A stretch of 64,000 nt of DNA from Balanoglossus misakiensis (lineage: Eukaryota > Animalia > Hemichordata): NCBI GenBank assembly GCA_040954595.2, contig CM082586.2:3206349-3270348 (forward strand), read 5' to 3'. The notes below the pieces were generated by a model. It made no database searches. It had not been told where the DNA came from and was given only the letters and a program-made list of their open reading frames with translations. The translations under genes and the position numbers were made by a program. Numbering within the stretch: the first letter of the stretch is position 1; every line of letters starts with the position of its first letter. This document shows, in pieces, positions 55,458-64,000 of this stretch.

Positions 55458-58400
55458 TAAATACCTTGTGAGAAAATTACTGGTTTCTGACAACTGTTCA
55501 GTCAGAATGATGCAGTTGAGATGTGTGAAAGAAAATAAACATTTGAACTACATTGAAAGAGGTTTCTTATATCAAGTGGATGATGATAAAATGTTGAAAC
55601 CATGAAAATCAAGTTCTCTGGCTATACCTGTGTGTTCTAAACAATAGCAGTATTAATTCAGATGATTACATCAATTGCATACAAAACATGTTGGCAAAAA
55701 TTCAAAGCTAAGCATGTTGCAGAGTATAGTTGTATAAATAACCCTGTATTAGCTAGTCATGAAAGGAGGAACAATAGCTGCAGATTTGTGTCTCTTATTG
55801 TTATGTAATGTACTTTGTTCCGCTGGTGAGCTGGTGTTGAACCAAAGGGGTTAATCGTATTCAGTTGAAAGTAGACCACACTTTTCATCATGCATGCAGC
55901 ATGCATAAGTAAGTTCTTTTTGCACTGAAACGGTAAACTTGCTGGCTGCTGTCCTGGTAGTCAATTAGTGGCCTTTCAGGATACGAAGTAAATGAACAAA
56001 TGTGGTGAGCTGGTCGACTGTTGACTTCGCCGTCGCAAACGGACGAATTCAGAGGTACAAGCACTCTGAACATACAGCTGCTACATATGAAGCTGAATAA
56101 TGAAGGATCCACTCGTTGAAAATATAAACACTGAACAATTCCACAGCCAACACCCTCCTTGTTCATGTTGCATGTAATTTCATGCATTATAGATAAGCAT
56201 TAAATACCATTACAGATTGGCACAAACAGTAAAAGTGTAAATGGTTCATTGTATGAACACACGACTCCTTGTCTGGTCGTGTACTAAGCAAAGTTTTGAG
56301 TAGAATAATGGGCGTGCACTTTGTACATTGTTGCCAGTTGGAAAATAGTAACTATCTGTTGTCTTCCTACACTCAACTGCAACCATGAAATATTGGATAA
56401 AAACAGACTTGACTTGTAGCTCTTTGCTCACCCCAACTGGTGGCAAATGTTACATTATCAAAACCCAAATTTGCTCATATTTAAAGAGAGACGGAAAACT
56501 AGCTTACTTGTTGAGATATTTTGAACCACAGGGAGCTTAATAGAATCCGTTTTCTCTCGACATTTGCTTGCCTGCTTACACATACATGGAGTAAACACCA
56601 ACATACCTAATAAATAAAGGTGATCGTTTGAATAAAAATATAAATACAGCATAAAATGTAGAAAGCCAGAACAGCACACAATGTCCAGACCTACTCAAAC
56701 TACCGCCTCGAAGAGGCAGTGTTCGAGTATGAAGGCAAATGGAAGTAAAATATGGGTATGTATGAATCTAAGTACACTGTACATTTTTTTCTATAAATAA
56801 ACCATATACAATTCAGAAGGTTACATAAACAGTCAATGAGAGAAGCACATTTTGTATAGTGGTTTGGATGTCTGAGGTACAGTGTAGTTGATTCTGGGTG
56901 CCTCAGAAGATCTGTTTTTGTATGCGTGTGTGGTTATTTTTTCACCACAAGACACATTTGCTGATTTTTATGCCGGAAGGGTTTGTCTGATGTGGATGTT
57001 GGCTACAGCCTGGCTGATTTTAGTTCCGGGAGACTGCAGTTGTAAACCGATTTGAACGCTAGAAAATTACAAATTACGCACCAGAAGACTACACTGTATA
57101 CGGAGTGATAGAATGTTTCGTTCATGTCTGCAGAAATAATAATGTGTACCACTAAATGACACCATTCCCATGTAGGGACTTTCTAAAGCTCTTATATGTT
57201 TGAAATTATACATGCCTTACAGGTCACAGAAGCCGTCTTCATAAGTGAGTAACTATGGTAACGATAACTGCATTGATAGCAGCGTTACCTTATCCCATAT
57301 CATCAGACGGGTAACCTATACAGCATTTGAGAATTTTCCCCACAGCAATAAAGGTAGGGAGATAGCAATTACCCATGTGAGAGTACGGTAGCCAGCTTGG
57401 CACTCGCTGTACATTCAACATCACCCAAACAGACCCCTTGAAGACAGTCGCCTGATCGTTCACAAAAGCACAAGTCTCGCAAAGTTTTGGTGTGGCAACC
57501 CCAAGGGGTACATTTTTTATTGTAATAATTACTGAAGACAAGACTAAGTTGTTAAACCCCACATGTTCAACAGCAACAAAGAAAACCAAAAAATACCCAC
57601 AAAGGTCAGTACAAAAGCTGCAGTTTTTCATCGTTTGAAATACATTATTTCAGAGAAGCTAGTTGTGTATTGGTCCTTGTGTTGAATGAAAAACAAATCT
57701 CTCCTTGGATTTTCTGGTATCATAACCGGGTGCACAGAGTAAGCCAGTGTTGACAATAAACCTTGTAAAAACAAACCACGCATATACCTCTTGCAAAATG
57801 TTACATGCTCACTTTCTATTCTTATAATTTTCATTCCGATACTATAGATTGAATTGATTGGTGCATTTACGACAACACGAATCAAATACACATTTTGTGC
57901 GATGATTCTATATATTGGAAGCTTATGATTGGGTGTGCGATTGGCAACGTGCCTCTGATTTCAATGGTTAACACTGAAAGTCTTAGTTAAAATTACTAAC
58001 AACGACAGTTCAAGCAAATTCCGAAAAGAACTAAAAACCAGTTACTTTCCTGAATTAAAAAAAATGGACGTTGCTATGTAAACGAAAGGACATCAGAAGT
58101 ATCTACCCAGCTATAGTCATGGGTTTTGTGAGATTTTTTTTATGTCAAAGTTGATATTGATAAAACCATCTTGTGCCGACTTGTCCTTGTCTGGAGGATT
58201 AAATATGCAAAATGTATACTTCCAATGATCACATCTGTGCCGTAATCTATCCACACATTGTAACAATATCCACATGTACCGAAAAATGGACTAGCCAGAA
58301 AGTCGGAGCTGTCCCATTGACTACAGAGGTGGCGATCTTGAAGTTTCTGCCCAACTGACACCAGATGTGCATGGCGATAAAATTCAAATCTTTACCAAAG

Positions 58401-59478
58401 GCAGGGACTGAAAACGTGACTATTTGCAGTGAATTTAAAAAGCTGCCTGATTTCAATGTCTACTGAAAGACATCACTAACACTGCAGACAGTGGCTTTGT
58501 TGGCGAGATCGTGAAATTACCAAGATGACGCAGTTCTTATTCTCACTGTCTGGTGGAAAGGTCACTCTGTTACAGACTTTCAATACCACGACTTGTGGGA
58601 CATCCATCCGAAAAAACACACGAACATCCAAAATTTGCAATGTTGAACTCTAATCTGTTTCATATATACCTAACCCCTCTTATTAATTTCAAACAGCAAC
58701 ACACAAGTGAGTCTTGGTTTTCCTGATTGCAAAATTAAACTGAAAAGTGCTGTCATTAAATTCACCCCCTGATCTCCTTCACTGTGGAATGATCTTCCAT
58801 AACGGAAGTCATGGACTCCTCCACTGCAAGGACTGCACGTGGGTGACAGCTTGAAATTGACGTGTTCAAAAAAGTTACTTAATCTGGACATAAAAAAAGG
58901 ACTTGTCAAAGTAAGAATTAGTTCACTTCTAACAAGTTCAAATAAAATGCAGAAGTGTCTACTCTACATCGTTTATAATAGTGGTCTCTTTTCCGCACTT
59001 TGGTCTCTAAGCAGAAACAAACATATTTGCTTGAATCCGATATTATTATTACCACACCAACAGAAATTTTGCTTGTAAGTATTCACTTTTTTTTTTTATT
59101 TCATGAAATCACAGGTGTTCCATAACAGAAGTATAATAGCTACCACTCTACACAATACAAAAAATATCTAAATCAGGGAAGGGAAGACTACCAAAGCACA
59201 TCGAGGATTTAAAAAAGTGTGTGACATAGATGGATACATAATTGTAAGGTGGGTTTTCTCCTTACGTCTCCTGGGACAGGGTGCACCCAGGGAGATCTTG
59301 GCTACCTTCAATATCACAATCGTATAACATGAAGTTAGAGGTTTCTACATGCATGAGAGTGCGCCTTCGCAGGTGAATCAAGTGTGGCAATAACAAAGAA
59401 ATGGATACGACTTGGAAACTACAAGCCTGATGTCAGCATTCTGGCCATAAGCCTCAAAATCCTCATTATTTAAATTAA

Positions 59479-59563
59479 CCCTTTCACCACCATGGTTTGC
59501 TCCAAATCCACTGTTTTCTATGGTAAACCTGGACCTCTATAGCGGAAACTGGGGGTGAAAGGG
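59479..59563. mobile_element. 85-bp piggyBac-type MITE, copy 1
   Basis: TTAA-CCCTTTCACC...GGTGAAAGGG-TTAA: 10-bp perfect TIR with CCC/GGG termini and a TTAA TSD, which are piggyBac superfamily hallmarks. A homologous copy lies at 62679. Confidence 0.88.
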
Positions 59564-59985
59564 TTAAACACGCGACATAAACGTTTGATTATTTGGTGTT
59601 GCAATCATTATTTGGGGCACTTGTAATCCCGTCTGCTTTGGACAAACTCCAACGTTCTCAACAGTAGGGCAATACTTGAGTTAACAAATACAGATAGGCT
59701 CGATTCAGACCACATTAGGACGGGTGAGGGCCGCACGCCCTCACGCCTAAAGATCGACTTCCTTGGACATCTCGCTAGAATTACGAGCCAACAGTGGTAC
59801 TTGAAACATTCTTCGTAACTGGTTAATTAATCATTAAAATGGATAGTGGAACAATCGGTAGACAGCACAGCAAAAAAGAAATAAAAATAACAATTCTCAT
59901 AATTATGCTTTCTTATAACCTTTCTAATTCAGGAAACTATAATTATAAGTCTTTGTAAAGAGACTACAACGCAACTACTTGTGTT

Positions 59986-61233
59986 TTAATCTTCATCCTC
60001 TTCCTCACCTGTTTCAGATGACCACAACTAATAAAGAAAAGAAAATACAAATGTACAGTAAGGATACAAATCAGTGGTTCACTTGTAACTCTATCACGCT
60101 ATTCAGATGTGTGTGTGTCAAAAAATTGGCAGTGGGAAAGATTCTACAATTTGGCACGTCGTCTGTGGTCGGTATATTACAATTCAGGCATCCGCCCTGT
60201 GAGTTTCAGAATGCCAGATATGAAGACATAGTGGAAGCATACTTACAGTCAAGTTATCCCTGAGTAACTGCATGATAAGCGTGCTGTCTTTGTAGGAATC
60301 TTCCTGGAGTGAGTCCAACTCGGCAATTGCATCGTCAAATGCCTGCAAAGCAATCAAACAAAGACGTATTATTACTAATTTGTTGCAACTGTCACATAGG
60401 GATGCACAGGTCACACACAGATTCAATACCCCCCCCCCCTCCTTTCTTGAGGTTTTCTAATGGGAGAGTGATGGCAGTGTAATTGTGCAAGACTGCACAT
60501 GCAATCATGTGTTCTGGGATCAGAGAAGGTAAGGTAAGTGAAGTCACAATAACCACACACTTATTTCATTTTTGGTGCAATCAAAATTAGTAGACAGTAA
60601 TTTAGAGGGGGCTTGGCACCAGCTCCTTGGACCTGGTAACATTGTTGAAAACCACACAATTACCTTTTTCGCAAGCTCACATGCTTTAGTGCGAGCGCTG
60701 ACAATTTCATAAAAGAACACCGAGTAATTGAGTGCCAGGCCAAGCTTGATTGGATGTGTTGATGGTAGCTGTGCACTTATATTGTGTGCATCCTCGTATG
60801 CCTTTTCTGCGTTTCCAACAATTTCTGAAAGAGAATGAGTGAAACATGTTAATCACCAATTGTATGAAATTTTATAGTGTACATGTAAAATATCTTATAT
60901 TGGCGTTACATCAGAAATGGGTTAAAAAATGGAGGAATTTTGCATGAACAAATAATGTCCCATTGTTGAAATCAGCCATTTTGGTCAAGGTTTAGATTAA
61001 ATTTGGACACAGTCAAGTGAAAGTTTCCAATAACCAAATACAGAGGCCAACATTTTAGTATCGTCACTGTTGCAAAGAGGCCTGATATGTGAACGTTGTG
61101 ATCCCTTACCTTCCCTATCATCTCCTGCGGCAACTTCAGCCAGGTACCGGTGATAGTCTCCCTTCATTTTGAGATAAAATACTTTGCTTTCTGTATCCTG
61201 CACCTTGGGTATCAGGTGCTTATCAAGCAAATC
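59986..61233 (-). CDS. Second 14-3-3 paralog, coding exons 2-5 (5' partial; first coding exon not found in the window)
   Basis: Exons 61233-61110 ([35 protein letters not shown]), 60824-60664 ([29 protein letters not shown]), 60342-60247 ([32 protein letters not shown]), 60027-59986 ([13 protein letters not shown]). All GT-AG with no frameshifts, and the intron positions match the first 14-3-3 gene. Confidence 0.93.
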
Positions 61234-62678
61234 CTGTTAAACATGAATAAGAGGAAAAAATTCGCAATGTTAAAGCCCTGCCACCAAAATCCTTTCTCTT
61301 CCATGGCAAGGTTGATTTCATGTGGTATATACATGGGGGTGTTATTTCATATACATGTAGTGTATACACAGGTTATTATTTCACATGATATTGATGAAAT
61401 ATATTCCCTAGTGAGGATCATTTCAGTCCAGACTACATGTACATGAAGGTCCTAATCCAATTTTCCCAATGTGAATGACACCAGACATCACAATGAATAA
61501 CATTCCCATCCACAATAGCCAAAAATTGCACATCATAAAGATTCAATAAGATATGTTTCATCTTTATTATTACAGGATATGCCATACTCATAATTGCAAT
61601 TCCAGCGATGTGTGAATGAACCAGATAGTGTTTCAGCCTGCACTGGTATTATCTTGGTGGGTGTGGTTGGAAATACCAACAGAGGTCAATCACATTAGCT
61701 TTTAATTACTTATAAATGTTTCCGAGTATCATCATACATGAAATGTCTGTGTTGTCATTTTGGGGAGCATGTCTCAAAATTACAATCTACACTAAGGACT
61801 ACTACAATGTATATGTGATCAAAAATGACTCTGAAACATAGTGAGAGATGATTATAAAATGTGTATTGAGAAAGATAGTTAACATTATGGGAAAGTCCCT
61901 CAAGTATTACACTTCTAGCAAATCAGCTTTTCATATCAATGGCCCTAAAAAAGAAACTTATGTCAATTTTTGACAGAAGCTATGTTTAGTCTCAGACCTA
62001 ACATCAGAGATATGCATAACCTGTTACATGTAGTTTCCATATGACAATCTAAAAACCCACAGGGTTATTTAATTTCATATTACAGATCGATTAGCACTTT
62101 CAAATCTGAGAACATACCAGAGAAGGCCCCCTTGGACCCCTAACAGTGCAATTGTGTAACACAAGCTGGGCAGTACTGCCTTTCTAGGCTGACCCGAACT
62201 TACTCTATAATCAATTTATACATTGACCTTTCTTCCATGCACAGCTTTTTACTCATCCATTCTTTTTCACATCACATTTCTTTTTGGGAGCAGGATATGA
62301 CACATTGTCACATGTGATACTTGTTATAAATCAAGACGGTTGGCCGCCATTGGCCATGGACTCTCCTTACAATCTTCCTCAGGATCCATTTCCTGACATA
62401 CATAACAACCTTCATTAAACATGCCACTTTACATCCATTTCGCATTTTTTGTATCTGCTAATCACCGTATCACAATGGCTTTCCCCTTACACTTCAGTTT
62501 ACCATCAGTGTGTGATACCACACAGTAATTATGTGCAGACGAGTATGCAGTATAGACACAAAGACTGACTCCGAATATGTTTGTCCGAGTTATATTTACC
62601 ACTGAATGGAATTATGATATAGAAATGAACTCTTTGGCCATCCTGGTTTGGTCCAAATTCACTGTTTACAAGTTTTAA

Positions 62679-62763
62679 CCCTTTCACTATCATGGTTCAG
62701 TCCAAACTCATTGTTTTCTATGGTAAGGTTGGACCTCTAAAGAGGAAACTGGGGGTGAAAGGG
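62679..62763. mobile_element. 85-bp piggyBac-type MITE, copy 2, adjacent to a decayed copy of the same family
   Basis: TTAA-CCCTTTCAC...GTGAAAGGG-TTAA, same length as and colinear with 59479-59563. 62626-62667 aligns without gaps to the element's left end. Confidence 0.88.
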
Positions 62764-64000
62764 TTAAGAGGGAAACGGGGTTACCCTGAATTGAGTTGCA
62801 TAGAAGCATTACACTGTAATAAACTGAACTCTTTCATTGTATCAGACTGCATTATGGCGTTGCATCTGGAAAGTAGAATTTACATGCACAATGAGTGTTA
62901 CTATATTTACCACTATTCAATGTCATAAATTTATATTCCCTCTTCTCTATATCCAGACTTAACATCGAGTACATTTACGTTCAAACCATTTAGAAGGATT
63001 TCTGCCGGTACTACCACATTCATTCCATTACATGTATGGAACCCATTTCCACAGTCAAGGATCTGTGGGGGTCACAAACCTATGCAAATTTATTATTTAA
63101 GAAAAGAACATAAGACAAGAGAAAATTTTACCAACACTGCATGTATTGTACATTGAATTTGAAAGACTGTTTCTGATATAAACGAATCTACACCAGTAAA
63201 TTTGAATATTCATTACAATATGAATATTTCATTGTTCCAGTATAAAATATGGGTGTATTTCCCTAAGGGTTTTTATAATCAAATACGTCAAATTGATGAA
63301 ATAGACTGTGGAGTCTTTGGAGTGGGGTACTATAATAGGATGAATATGGTACACAAACATGTATCATGATGGACATTACATCTAATACACTATCTATAAT
63401 TGATTATGTACAATTTCCTGATCTTTAAATTCTGACTGTGATCGACCATTATCTAGAGCTTAAAAGCCTGAAAAGCATTACAGCAAATAAGTAAAGATGG
63501 ATGAAGTTTTAATAATTATTTATACAGCAAGATAGCGCACGGGAAGGATTTTGTATCTCATTATGTGACCATCAGATACAATATTGACCAATGCCTCTGA
63601 TCACATGCTGCTCATGTTATTAAAATTAAACTCAATCTGGCAACGATAAAAAATGGGCTCAGCGTCAGAAAATATCTTGCCATTATAGCATAAAAAAGAG
63701 GTATAGCTAAATGACAGAGAAAATGCCATGAAAGTCCTTAAATTAGATGATAAAAAAAGCCTTACTATCTACCCTGCCTTGTCCATTTTTCATCCAACAG
63801 GAAGAGACCGTTTACAGTGTATCTTATCGTAGCATTGCATTAGACACAAGAAGTATTAAAAATGCAGGAGATGACCTCTGCAGTCTGACTTCACAGGATT
63901 CTGACATGATTAATTCTCATGAAGTCAGCATAGAACTGCACAAAAAAGAACTTCGTTTCGGATCATATCGAAAAAAATATCTACTGGCATACGTAAAACA

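Noticed and set aside
58109-58135. Short resemblance to the reverse-complement satellite monomer (AGCTATAGTCATGGGTTTT)
   Set aside because: About 20 bp with several mismatches in AT-rich DNA is compatible with chance.

Overview
Animal nuclear DNA, not prokaryotic. The gene structure and composition suggest an invertebrate deuterostome, but that is an inference. From left to right: (1) 1-17248 is a homogeneous satellite array of roughly 197 copies of an 87/88-bp monomer, open at the left edge. (2) A complete 12-exon TRPC3/6/7-type cation channel gene lies on the minus strand (CDS 24329-18738, about 874 aa). Its 3' end lies next to the satellite, and it has a candidate alternative first exon at about 32.8 kb. 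(3) About 20 kb is CpG-rich with no recognisable gene and is probably regulatory. (4) A complete 14-3-3 zeta-like gene (minus strand, 252 aa) sits head-to-head with MRTO4 (plus strand, 7 exons, 256 aa, probable GC-AG intron). (5) Exons 2-5 of a second, more divergent 14-3-3 paralog follow on the minus strand. Several small non-autonomous DNA elements are present. The most unusual is a 199-bp element in MRTO4 intron 1 with terminal inverted repeats (TIRs) and a target-site duplication (TSD), which carries head-to-head telomeric (TTAGGG)n/(CCCTAA)n arms. I found no protein-coding system that I can call novel. All exon models were assembled by hand from splice signals and reading-frame continuity, with no database searches.
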